In this document: in pieces, positions 30,405-40,431 of the stretch
How the letters are laid out: the number at the start of each line of letters is the position of its first letter
Numbering within the stretch: position 1 is the first letter of the stretch
Source: an uncultured Acidobacteriota bacterium
GTDB taxonomy: Bacteria > Acidobacteriota > Vicinamibacteria > Vicinamibacterales > CAVVIG01
Reading direction: 5' to 3'
Assembly: GCA_963770995.1 (NCBI GenBank)
Contig: CAVYRS010000002.1
Coordinates: forward strand, 569,404-633,403
Length of the DNA: 64,000 bases
Translations under genes and position numbers: made by a program
The notes under the pieces: model-generated
The model's input: only the letters and a program-made list of their open reading frames with translations
What the model was told of the DNA's origin: nothing
The model's database searches: none

Positions 30405-31148
30405 ATGATCGACTACGATTCACGCCTGTCGATTGGCGGCAGCGGCCGCGGCGTTGTCCTGGTGCCTGGAATGAACGGCGCCGGGGACCTCTTTTACCGT
30501 CAAGTTGCTCCCCTGCAGCGATCCTTCCGCGTGGCAACGTATTCCCTGCGCGACGATGCCGCCACTCTCGATGTGCTGGCGTCGGATCTCGCGCGTGTGG
30601 TCGCCGCGGCGTTCCCCGACCGCCGGTCCGCAATCGTCGTCGGCGAATCGTTTGGCGGCGCGGTCGCGCTCACCTGTGCCTTGCGGCACCCGGAGCGGAT
30701 CGAGGCGCTCGTCATCCTCAACTCGTTCCCGCATTTCTCCCCGCAGATCCGCTTGCGGTTGGCCATCGCCGGGCTGTCGGTACTGCCATGGGGTGCCATG
30801 TCGTTGGTACGGCACCTCACCGCGTTCCGCCTGCACTCTCGACATACTCACCGTGCGGAAGTGAAGCGATTCATCGCGCTGACCGCACGAGCCAGCCGCG
30901 AAGGCTACATCAACCGCCTTCGCTTGCTGCGCCACTACGACGTGCGCGATCGGCTTCGCGACGTGCAGCAGCCGACGCTGTTCCTCGCGGCCGAGCACGA
31001 TCATCTCGTGCCCTCCGTCGTCCAGGCGCACTATATGACCAACCGCGTGCCTGCGAGCGCGATGCGGATTCTCGAAGGACACGGCCATATCTGCCTGATC
31101 GCGCCGGATCTCGACCTGGCGCAGATCCTCGCCGAGTGGCTGCGTTGA
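30405..31148 (+). CDS. Alpha/beta hydrolase
   Basis: VPGMNG oxyanion loop, GESFGG nucleophile elbow, DHLVP, GHGH. Confidence 0.88.
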   Translation: MIDYDSRLSIGGSGRGVVLVPGMNGAGDLFYRQVAPLQRSFRVATYSLRDDAATLDVLASDLARVVAAAFPDRRSAIVVGESFGGAVALTCALRHPERIEALVILNSFPHFSPQIRLRLAIAGLSVLPWGAMSLVRHLTAFRLHSRHTHRAEVKRFIALTARASREGYINRLRLLRHYDVRDRLRDVQQPTLFLAAEHDHLVPSVVQAHYMTNRVPASAMRILEGHGHICLIAPDLDLAQILAEWLR

Positions 31149-31227
31149 TCGCGCCGTCGCTGCCAGCCGCCGCCGATGAGCCACGCGCTTCATCGACCGC
31201 GCGAATTGACGCCTGGCTTAGGGCCCC

Positions 31228-32109
31228 TTATCCCCGCAGCGTCAGCACCGGACAGGTCGCGCGCCTGATGACCTGATTCGTGGTCGAACCGAACAGCATC
31301 ACGTCGAGGGCGTTGCGGCCCTGCACGCCCATCACGATGAGGTCCGCGCTGTCCTCGGTGGCGACGCCGAGAATCTCGCGATAGGCCTTCCCGTGTGCCA
31401 GGCGGGTCGTGGCACGGCACTCCCGAGCGAATGCGGGGACGAGATCCTCGAGCTGCGACGCGACCTCGCGCTCGATCTCCAGACGGTATTCGGGTACGGC
31501 GATCGGCCGGGTCGTCAGCGGCTCGGCAGCCCACTCGAACACGTGCAGGATCGTAACCGCGGCCGCGCCGTCCTGCGCCAGCGAAACCGCGAATTTCAGC
31601 GCGGCCAGCGAGGACTCGGAGAAATCGACCGCGCACACGATTCGCTTGAACGGCAGTTTCGACGTCGTCTGCGGCCGCGGTGGGATTGTCAACACCGGAC
31701 AGGTGGCCCGCCGCAGCACCTTTTCGGTCACCGATCCGAGGACGAGATGCTCGAAACCGCCAACGCCGTGAGTGCCCATCACAATCAGGTCGGCCGGGAG
31801 CGAATCGGCTGCGGCCAGAATCCGCGGGGCAGGCTGGCCCGTTTCGATCAGCACATCCACGATTCCCCCTCCCGCCGCCTCGAACAGCGCTTCGACCTGC
31901 GTTCGCGCCTTCTTGACTTCATCCTCTGCAGGCATGGCCAGTGGGCCGACTACCGCGAAGTCGCCCGCCGGAATCATCACGGGGTAGCAGACATGGAGCG
32001 CCGTAATCGCCGCCGCGTAGCGGCGTGCGACGGCCACGGCGTGGTCAGCGGTATGGCGCGACACATCGGAGAGGTCGACGGGGCAGAGAATGCGGTGAAT
32101 CTCGCGCAT
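31228..32109 (-). CDS. Universal stress protein (tandem domain)
   Basis: Two complete USP domains (ILCPVDLS..GTHG..GSVTEKV; AVDFS..GVQG..GSTT). Confidence 0.95.
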   Translation of the reverse strand: MREIHRILCPVDLSDVSRHTADHAVAVARRYAAAITALHVCYPVMIPAGDFAVVGPLAMPAEDEVKKARTQVEALFEAAGGGIVDVLIETGQPAPRILAAADSLPADLIVMGTHGVGGFEHLVLGSVTEKVLRRATCPVLTIPPRPQTTSKLPFKRIVCAVDFSESSLAALKFAVSLAQDGAAAVTILHVFEWAAEPLTTRPIAVPEYRLEIEREVASQLEDLVPAFARECRATTRLAHGKAYREILGVATEDSADLIVMGVQGRNALDVMLFGSTTNQVIRRATCPVLTLRG

Positions 32110-32120
32110 AGCGCCTCCGG

Positions 32121-32176
32121 CGCCGGAAACCCGGCGCTCCGAGCCATTGCTGTATGGTCCTGCAAGAGACCCGCCC
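32121..32176 (-). promoter_or_regulatory. Sigma-54 site (32161-32176) with palindrome CGCCGGAAACCCGGCG (32121-32136) just before the RBS
   Basis: Minus strand GGGCGGGTCTCTTGCA. Confidence 0.55.
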
Positions 32177-32569
32177 TGGTCCGACAGCGATCATGCAACG
32201 CTGCTTCCGGGGGCTTCGCGCACGACTTCCACCGAACAGGCGGCGTGACGGACGACGCTCTCGGACACGCTTCCGAGCAGAAAGCGGTCCACGCCCGTTC
32301 GACCATGTGACCCGATGTGAATCCGCGGCCGCGCGCCAGGTCGGAGCCCCGTTTCCCGCCGTCGGAGGTTCGCAGCACCGAAGCCGGGTCAGAAGAGAAC
32401 GCTTCTGGAGCAGCCGGACTTCGAGTACCTGCTCGGTGCGTACGCTGCCAACTTCTCGATCGCCGGGGCGTCGGCTCCGACCCGATCGGCGGATGCAAGA
32501 ACCACACCTCGCCCGCGTCCTGGCGAAACGCCCGCCGCCAGCGGGATTGTCCTCGATTGGAGGATTCGA

Positions 32570-33022
32570 TCACCACATGCCGAACGCGCCTCTTCCTTTT
32601 CGATGCGGCACACGATGATGAAGCCCGCGCCGCGCCGGCCGCGTCGGGCGATCGCCGCCGCGGCCGAGCAGCTGCAGCAGATCCGATACGGTGACGATGC
32701 CGACCAGCCGGCGGCCGTTCATCACCGGGACACAGCCAATCGGGCGGCCGCGCATGAGATTCGCGATGCTGCGAATCGTCGCGCGCGGCTCCACGGTCAC
32801 GACGGATCGCGTCATCAGATCTGCGACGCGTGACCGGGCGCGAAGCGACGCTCCGGCACGGCCACCCGCATCGCGATCGGACAGCACGCCGGCCACCTGC
32901 GAGTCGGCCATCACCACCAGATGACGGATGCGCTTCCGCCGCATCAACTCCCACGCATCGGCGGCGCTCGCGTCGGGCGAAATCTTCTGCACGTCCTTGG
33001 TCATGACTTCGGCGGCTCGCAT
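32570..33022 (-). CDS. CBS domain protein
   Basis: MRAAEVMT, IRHLVV, GVLSDRD, VADLMT, GIVTVSDLL. Confidence 0.9.
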   Translation of the reverse strand: MRAAEVMTKDVQKISPDASAADAWELMRRKRIRHLVVMADSQVAGVLSDRDAGGRAGASLRARSRVADLMTRSVVTVEPRATIRSIANLMRGRPIGCVPVMNGRRLVGIVTVSDLLQLLGRGGDRPTRPARRGLHHRVPHRKGRGAFGMW

Positions 33023-33070
33023 AGGGCCTCCACTGTTCCTCGTCGCGTCGACGGTTGTTCGAGCATACGG

Positions 33071-33538
33071 TCACGCGCCGGGCGCTGGCTCGGCGTCCGC
33101 CCGAACGGTCATCACCGGGCACGGCGCGGTGCGGACGACGCGCTCCGCCACGCTGCCGATCAGGAGGTGCGACACGCCGCCGCGGCCGTGCGTGCCCATC
33201 ACGATCAAGTCGATGCCGTGCTCACGGGAGTAGCTCACGATTTCGACGGACGGCCGGCCCTCGCCCAGCGCGTGCTGGACGGTGGCCGGCACGTTCGCCG
33301 TCTCGAGCCACTCTTTGAGGTGCGCCTCAGCCTGACGCACCAGCTCCTGTCGGTATTCGGGCGGGATCGGCACGTACCCCCTCCCGGTCATGAGCTGGGG
33401 TTCGGGCAAATCGAGCACATGCAGGAGCTCGACGGAGGCGCCAAGCGTCGCCGCCAGTTCGCTCGCGCGCCACAGCGCCGCGCGCGAGGGCGCGCTGAAA
33501 TCCACTGGAACCAGAATGCGTTTGATCGTGTTCGTCAT
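33071..33538 (-). CDS. Universal stress protein (single domain)
   Basis: KRILVPVDFS...IVMGTHGRGG..GSVAERVVRTAPCPV; palindrome at 33552-33567 and sigma-54-like site at 33583-33598. Confidence 0.95.
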   Translation of the reverse strand: MTNTIKRILVPVDFSAPSRAALWRASELAATLGASVELLHVLDLPEPQLMTGRGYVPIPPEYRQELVRQAEAHLKEWLETANVPATVQHALGEGRPSVEIVSYSREHGIDLIVMGTHGRGGVSHLLIGSVAERVVRTAPCPVMTVRADAEPAPGA

Positions 33539-33681
33539 GACGCGCTCCCCCCGCCGGCAAACCGGCGGCCTGCCGGGAAGAGTGCAAAATGTCGTCCGCT
33601 GATCACAGAACAGCGCCTGACGAACGGTGCGGAGGGAGGACCGTTCGCCAGGCGCCCGGTGAGGCTTGCAGCCTCACTCAC

Positions 33682-33754
33682 AAGTTCGAAGTCAGAAGTC
33701 AGAAGTCAGAGGTCGTCGGCCGGCCCTGCCTTCTGACTTCATGCTTCTGACTTA
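33682..33754. repeat. Inverted heptamer array (GAAGTCA)n...(TGACTTC)n forming a hairpin after mtrB2; possible terminator
   Basis: GAAGTCAGAAGTCAGAAGTCAGAGG ... CCTTCTGACTTC..CTTCTGACTT. Confidence 0.7.
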
Positions 33755-35997
33755 CCAGAAGTAACTGAGCCTCGCCCAGAACGTGTTCGCCGAATACGGC
33801 CGATAGAAGTTCCCGAGCAGCATCAGCGAGGTCGTGCCGGTGGCCGGCGACGCCAGGCTCGCGGTCGGACCCAGCGCGAAATCGGTGACGTCGTACTTGT
33901 CGTACCAGTAGACCAGCCCGAGGGCCAGATGCTGCGTCACGAAGTAACGGCCGTCCACCGTGCCGCGCTGCAGCCGGTTGGTCACGGCCGGCAGCTGCAC
34001 CGGGCGTCGCGATCGTCGTGTTCGGCGCCAACCCGTAGACGTAGGTCGAATCGCCGTTGCTGTAGTCGTAGCCGACGCGCAGCTCGGTCCGCGGAATCAC
34101 CTTCAACAGATCCACCGACGCGTTCCAGGTGCGGACGTCGTCGGTGCTGTCGTTGGTCCAGTCGCGCCGCGGGTCGTTGAACTGCTGCGTCGGATCGCTG
34201 TTCGAGGCGCCGGCGGGCAGCGGATTGGCCGTCCGCGACGCCTGGAGCGCCGTGTACTTCTCGTAGCCGTAGGTCACGCCCATCGAGATCGAGTCGAGCG
34301 GCACGAAGTCGACGCCGAGCGAGTAGACGTTGTTGTCGTTGTTGCGCAGCCCGAAGTTGGTGCCCGGATACTCCTCGGTGCCGACGCCCGCCGAGGCGTT
34401 CACCGAGAACTGCGCGACGGGCATCACCTGCACGATCGCCCGGAAGCTGTCCTTGTTGCGATCGGAGATGTCGAAGTGCCGCAGCGACGGCTGCTCGCCG
34501 ATCGTCAGAGTCGAGCTGCTCGACGTCGAAGCCCGATCCGACGCGCTTGGACTGCTCGAAGATGCCCCGCACCGTGATCCAGCCGACGTTGGTCAGGTCG
34601 ACCGACACGCGGCCGGTGTCCTCGTCGCTCTTCTCGACATGCGATGGGATAGCCGTCGCCGGATTCGCGTCGTCGATGTCGAATCGGGTGTAGCCGCCGC
34701 GGAACGCCAGGTGCTTGAACGGCGTCACCGACGCGTCGCCGTCGAACGTGTGGCGCGTGAACCCGAGCAGCCGCTCGTGCTCGTTCTCGTGACCATCGCC
34801 GTGTCGTAGTTGACGACCTGGCCGACGAAGAACTCCGGCGAGCGGTTGTCGTAGGCGTACTGGCGATAGCGCGCGCTGAACCACAGATAGTTCGTCGGCG
34901 CCGACGTGAAGCCGTAGTTCATCGCGGTGACCCGCGCGGTCAGATCGGCGGTCGGCCGATCGAGGGCGATCGCCGGCAGCGCCGCGTTGCTGGTGAACGG
35001 CAGCAGCGGGGTGTTGTTGGTGACGTTGCCGAGCGAGACATAGCCGGTCGCCCGGCTGCGAGCCGGCAGCTTCACCGACGCCAGCACGGTGCCGCTGTTC
35101 ATCTCGGTGTCGGGCGCGCCGGCCAGCCGCCCGAACGCCGGCCCCGCCGTCGGCGAATCGGTGAGCCGCAGCGGGTTGCCGACGCTGATCGAGGGGAGAT
35201 CGTTGCGGAAGAACGAGCCGTCGTAGCGCGACCTTGACGAAGCCGTGCTGGTTCGCCCACTGCAGCGCCGCGCCGACGTCGGTGGTCCGGTGATCGACCG
35301 GCATCGCGAATTCGGTCGCGACGATGTTGCTGATGCCGAGGTGATCGCCCCACGGCTGCACGCCGTCTGCGGTGGGTGTTCTTGAACGTTACGCTGAAAT
35401 CGACGGTGTCCGTCGCGCTGTACAGTCAGATCGAAGCTGGCGATGTCGCGCTTCGAATCCATCTTGAACGAGCGAGGCCCCGCCGACCAGCGCCGGCAGC
35501 GTCGTCGTTCTGTCCTGCAGGCCGGACTGCACCGCGGTCGGTCAGCGCCAGGATGCCCGCGCCGGTCTGCGTGATAGAGCGTCCGCGTGTCCTGGTTGTA
35601 GAACAGCGGCATCTGGTTCCACTCGAACGTCGCCTTCACCTTGCCGTAGTTCGTGTACGACGCCGGAGAAGCGCTGATCGCGGTAGCCGAGGTGATCGGC
35701 CTGCGAGGTTGAACGGTAGCGTCGGTCTCCTTGAAGAGCCGGAACAGATCGAGCGTGCCGCCGTCGCGCACGTCGCGATAGCGCTGGAAGCGCGCCCGAT
35801 CCGAGCCGTCGCCGAACAACGTGCCGCGAATCCCGAAGTCGATCTGGTTGACGAGCGGAATATCCGACACGCTCGGCGACGCCGCGGTCTTCGGCGCGTC
35901 CTGGTCGGGCGGTGCGCCGCCCGCGATGTCCTGTGCGCGCGCGCTTGCGGCGACCAGCAGGAGCGCGGCAACCTGCGACAGAGAGTCTGGTGCGCAT
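33752..35997 (-). CDS. mtrB: MtrB/PioB-family outer-membrane porin, copy 2; multiple frameshifts
   Basis: IDFGIRGT..ARFQRYRD, PVDHRTT, NPLRLTD, YRQYAYDNRS, DPRRDW, YRPYSANTFWARLSYFW; AGGAGG RBS; follows a decaheme gene. Confidence 0.8.
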
Positions 35998-36014
35998 GCA
36001 CATCCTCCTGCCGG

Positions 36015-37012
36015 TTACCGAAGGAACATGTTGCCCGCCGGGTGATTCGACCCGTGGATCTGCGAGTGGCAGTTGACGCAGCTGCGTCCGACCACCCGGT
36101 TGCTCGCGGTCGCGAGCTGCGTGCCGTCGTAGATCGTCGCGGGGTGCCGGCTGGCTGACGTGGCACCGCTGGCAGAGCATCGGCTCCTTGGCGACCAGCA
36201 TGCGGTCGTTGTTCGAGCCGTGCGGATCGTGGCAGCTCGCGCAGTTCTCGCGCCCGGCGGCGTGCTCCCACAGGAACGGTCCGCGCTTCTCGGCGTGGCA
36301 GCTGGCGCACGTGTCGTTGACCGTGTTGCCGACCTTGAGCATCCGGACGTTGGTCGACCCGTGCGGCGTGTGGCAGATCGTGCAGTCCATCTTGCCCTCG
36401 CGCACCGGCATGTGGCCCGAACTTCTGGACCTTCATCGCCTCCTGCTTGTGGCAGGTCTGATGCACGGTCGGACGCGGTCACCGTCTTCAGCGCGGCCCG
36501 CGCCGATTTCGGGCTGTGGACACTGTGGCAGCTCACGCACGACACGTTGCGCGCGTCGTGCAGGCTCGCCCTGCCAGCGCGCATGGTCCGCACCCTTGGC
36601 GTGGCACGAAGACAGGCATGTTCGCGTTGCGCGCCTTGAGGGTCGCGAACCGGCGGATGTCCTCTTTCTTGCCTGAATCGACGTGCGCCTGGCCCGGCCC
36701 GTGACAGGTTTCGCACGCCTGTCCGGTTTTCGCGGCCGGGGTCCTGGTGTTTTGCGTCTTGCCGTGCAGCGTCTGATGGAGTCCCCTGGACGCCGTCTCG
36801 TGGCAGGTTGCGCAGGTCTCGTCGCCGACGATGCCCGTCGTCTGGGCGGGCGACGTCGGAGCCGGGGGCGACGCCGCGCTGTGGACTGCGGGTCCGTTCG
36901 CCTCGGACGCTGTGCGGGCGCTGGCGGCGGCCAGGCCGATCATCGCCGAGCAAACGAGAACGAGCGCGGTCACCAGCGGGCGTGCCGGAAAACCGTCACC
37001 GCGTGTGGGCAT
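36015..37012 (-). CDS. mtrA: DmsE/MtrA-family decaheme cytochrome c, copy 2; frameshifted
   Basis: VGDETCATCH, CETCHGPG, CVSCHSVH, MPVREGKMDCTICH, AEKRGPFLWEH, CQRCH, CVNCHSQIHGSNHP; 10 heme sites when the frames are joined. Confidence 0.85.
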
Positions 37013-37075
37013 GTCTCGATCTCCCTGTGAATGCCGCCGACAACCCGTCAAATTGGCGGGTCTGGCACCTGTCCA

Positions 37076-37091
37076 GGCAAGTGGGATGCCC
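37076..37091 (-). promoter_or_regulatory. Putative sigma-54 promoter for mtrAB copy 2
   Basis: GGGCATCCCACTTGCC; core differs by one base from the copy 1 promoter. Confidence 0.7.
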
Positions 37092-37102
37092 GGTGGGAGT
37101 CG

Positions 37103-37163
37103 GACTTCTGACTTCTGACTTCTGACTTCTGACTTCTAACTTCTAACTTCTGACTTCTAACTT
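37103..37163. repeat. Heptamer tandem repeat (RACTTCT) x8 immediately after the mtrB1 stop
   Basis: GACTTCT x5, AACTTCT x2, GACTTCT, partial AACTT. Confidence 0.9.
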
Positions 37164-39349
37164 ACCAGCGATAGATCAACCGTCCCCACACCGTGTTGGC
37201 CGTGTAGGGACGATAGAGGTAGCCAATCAGCAGGGCCTGCCCGCGCGCCAGATCGGGATTCGCGTCGGCGTCGAGCGTGAAGTCCTCGACGCGGTACTGC
37301 TCGAACCAGTAGGTCACGCCGAAGGAGAGGTGCCGCGCGAACGTGTAAACGAGGTCCGCGGATCCGTTTTGCAGTTCGCTGAGTGTCGGGGGCAGTTCCG
37401 CCGGCGTCGGCAGCGTCGTCGGCACGACGACTTCTTCGGGGAGCGTGCGGTCTGCAACCGGGCCGGTGATGTAGGTGTAGCGGGCGCGCGCGCGGCTGAA
37501 GTCGTAGGCCAGCCGCAGATCGACCTTCGGGAGGATGCGGAGCACCTCGCCGGTCAGGATCACGTTATGGGCGCGATCGGCAGCGTCGGTCGCCCAGTTG
37601 CGCGACGGATCGGTGAACTGGACGCCTGGATTGGCCTGCCGGGATCGCGACAGCGCGGTGTAGAGCTCGTACGAATACGACGCGGCCAGCACGAGCCGAT
37701 CGCTCGGGGTGGCGTCGAGGCCGAAGCCGAAGATGCGATGCGTGTTGTCGCGCAGGCCGAAGAGACTCTGGAGGTAGTCGTCCTTGCCCGCGGCCACCGA
37801 CACGCTCAGGCCGACGGTGCTCGACGGCGTCAGCGAGCCGAGCGCGGTGACGCGATTGCGATCCCGAGGGGCGATGTCGTAGTGCCGGATACCCGGCTGC
37901 TCACCGATCGCGGCGAGCTCGATCTCGCCTTCCTCGATGCCCTTCCCGCGCCGTTGCGCATGTTCGTACTTGGTGCGCAGCGTAAACCACCGGTTGCTCA
38001 CGGCATCCGCCGTCAGGCGCACGACGTTGTCCGCGGTCGACTCGAAGATGCGATGCGTGCGTTCCTCTTCGAGCCGCGTGAAGCCGATGCCCGCCGACAC
38101 CCCTTTGCGCGGCAGCACTTTCACGTCGGCGTCGAGCGTATGGCGCACGACTCCGAACGGTTCCGTCGGCACCGCCGGCGAGACGGCCGACGCGGTGTTG
38201 TCGAACGACACGCGCTCGACCATGTCGAACTCCGGCGTCCGGTTGTCGTACTCGTACTGCCGGTAGAGGGCGGTGATGTCCAGGTAGCGCGCCGGGCCGG
38301 GACACGAACGTCAGGTTCATCGCCGTGGTCCGCGCTTCGCCCTCGACGGTCGTGCGCGGCAATGCCTTCGTGACGACGGCCGAATTGATGGTCTGCGGGA
38401 TCAGGGGGTCCCCCGCGTCGGTGAGCCAGCCGGTCGACACGTAGGCGGTGGCGCGCGAGCGCGCCGGCAGCCGGACCGACGCGAGTCCGTTCACGCCAAT
38501 GAACGAGTTGCTCGGCGGCAGACTCAGCCGTCCTCTCGATGGCGCGCTCGCAATGTCCGTCGCCCGGAAGGGATTGTCGAAGACGACGGACGTCACGTCG
38601 TTGTGGAAGAACGATCCAATGTAGCCGGCGCGCACCAGCACGCGGCCTCGCACGAATTCGGCGTCCCCGTCGGTCAACGCGATTCCATGATCGGTCGGCG
38701 CCGGCAGCTCGACGAGGCTGCTGTGCCCGAACGAGCCGCCGTACGGAATCGTTCCATGACGGGTCGTGTAGCGGAGAAACGCATTGAGGGTCAGGTCCGT
38801 GTTCGGCTCGAGGATGAAGGCGCCTTCGGCAATCTTCCGGATCGTGCGAGTTTCGAACTCCGAGCCGAATTGGTTGAAGATCGGGCTGATCGCCGCCGGC
38901 TGCGCCTGCACCTGCGCTTGCAGGGCGTCCGAAATCTGCAGCTCGCCCGATTCGATGCCGGTGAACAGCGTGCGCGTGGTGCGGCTCAGCAGCATCGGGA
39001 TCTGATCCCAGATGAACCAGCTCTTGAATTTTCCGAGGCGCTCCGCGTTTCCCACGTATCGCTGATCCGACCAGCCGACGTGATCGGCATAGAAGTTCAG
39101 GAGCCAGTCGCTCCGCTCGCGATGGAGGCGGACGCCCTCGAGGAACAGACCGCTGCTGAGGTCGCGATACCGCTCGTAGCGCGCGGGATCGCCATTGACG
39201 TTCGTGCCGCGGACCCCGAAATCGAACGTGCCGGCCCAGGGAAACACCGCCGCTGGCGGCGTCGAGCCGGAGGGAGGCGTGGGCTGCGCGCCTGCAGTCA
39301 GCGGGATCATCGCAAGCGCTGTCGTGACGACTGCCGTGGTGATGCGCAT
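37162..39349 (-). CDS. mtrB: MtrB/PioB-family outer-membrane porin, copy 1; one frameshift near 38295
   Basis: Signal peptide, FDFGVRGT..ARYERYRD, DNPFRATD, LPPSN, EQPGIRHYDIA.RDR, YRPYTANTVWGRLIYRW. Confidence 0.85.
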
Positions 39350-39360
39350 GATGATGACCC

Positions 39361-40338
39361 TCACCTGACGAACCGCTGCCCGCTCGGGTGGTTCGAGCCA
39401 TGAATCGCCGAATGGCACGTCACACAGGATCGGGCGTAGATGCGGACGCTGGGCGTCGCGCCCGATCCGATCAGCGCCGCGTCGTAGATGGTGCTTGGAT
39501 GCCGCGTGGCCACGTGGCACCGCTGACAGAGAATCGGCGGCTTCGCCACGAGCATGCGCTCGTTCGACGTGCCATGCGGGTCGTGGCAGGTCGTGCAGCC
39601 GTCGCGGCTGGGTGCGTGCTCCCAGAGGAACGGGCCGCGTTTCTCGGCGTGGCACGACGTGCACAATTCCGAGATCGAGTCGCCCGTCTGCAGCAGCTTG
39701 ACGTTGGTCGATCCGTGCACGTTGTGGCACGTCGTGCACTGCATCTTGCCTTCGCGCAACGGCATGTGACCGGAGCGATCGAGCTTGGCGATCTTGTCGC
39801 GATGGCACGGCGCGCAGAGCTGCGGCTGCGTCGCCACCTTCAACTGGCTCGGCCCCTTGGGCGTATGCACCGAATGGCACGACCCGCAGCCGACGTTGCG
39901 CGAATCGTGCTGGCTGCCGTGCCAGACGGCTTGCTGGCCGCGGTTGTGGCAGGTCGCGCAGATCTCGCTCGCCCGCTGCGGCGTCAGCTTCGAGGGATTC
40001 AGGATCTTCGCGGCCTCACCGCCGCTCTCGGCGTGCGCCTGCCCGGGCCCGTGACAGCTCTCGCACCCGTGCGTGGCCGCGGGGGTCCTCGGGAGCGCGG
40101 CGATCGCGTGACGGGTGCCCTTGTAGCTCTTGTCCTCGTGGCACGTCAGGCAGGTGTCTTCGCCCACGTACTCGCTGGGCGGCTGGGCGGCCGGAGCCGC
40201 AGCCTGCGCGGGCCGCACCGCCGGAGCGGCCTGGGGCGGCCCGCTCGCCCCGACCGCGCGGCCAACTGCGATCGTCCACAGCACCAGCAGGACGATCGTC
40301 AGCAGATGTGCAGGAACCTGGTCGCGACGGATGGACAT
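39361..40338 (-). CDS. mtrA: DmsE/MtrA-family decaheme cytochrome c, copy 1
   Basis: 10 CxxCH motifs; YVGEDTCLTCH, CESCHGPG, AEKRGPFLWEHAP, IHGSNHPSG. Confidence 0.95.
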   Translation of the reverse strand: MSIRRDQVPAHLLTIVLLVLWTIAVGRAVGASGPPQAAPAVRPAQAAAPAAQPPSEYVGEDTCLTCHEDKSYKGTRHAIAALPRTPAATHGCESCHGPGQAHAESGGEAAKILNPSKLTPQRASEICATCHNRGQQAVWHGSQHDSRNVGCGSCHSVHTPKGPSQLKVATQPQLCAPCHRDKIAKLDRSGHMPLREGKMQCTTCHNVHGSTNVKLLQTGDSISELCTSCHAEKRGPFLWEHAPSRDGCTTCHDPHGTSNERMLVAKPPILCQRCHVATRHPSTIYDAALIGSGATPSVRIYARSCVTCHSAIHGSNHPSGQRFVR

Positions 40339-40350
40339 GGCCCAGGCCTA

Positions 40351-40366
40351 GGCAAGGGGGATGCCG
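40351..40366 (-). promoter_or_regulatory. Putative sigma-54 promoter for mtrAB copy 1
   Basis: CGGCATCCCCCTTGCC. Confidence 0.7.
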
Positions 40367-40431
40367 TTCGGAAGGTGGAATCTGGCAGGGGCCGCCCAAT
40401 GCGTCGGCCCCGGGGACACGCGGGTCCGCCC

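Noticed and set aside
32180-32569. Gene or ncRNA in the spacer between the USP and CBS genes
   Set aside because: No convincing ORF, RBS or structure that I can support by eye.
37103-37163. Possible CRISPR array
   Set aside because: 7-bp units with no spacers and no cas genes; this is a simple tandem repeat.
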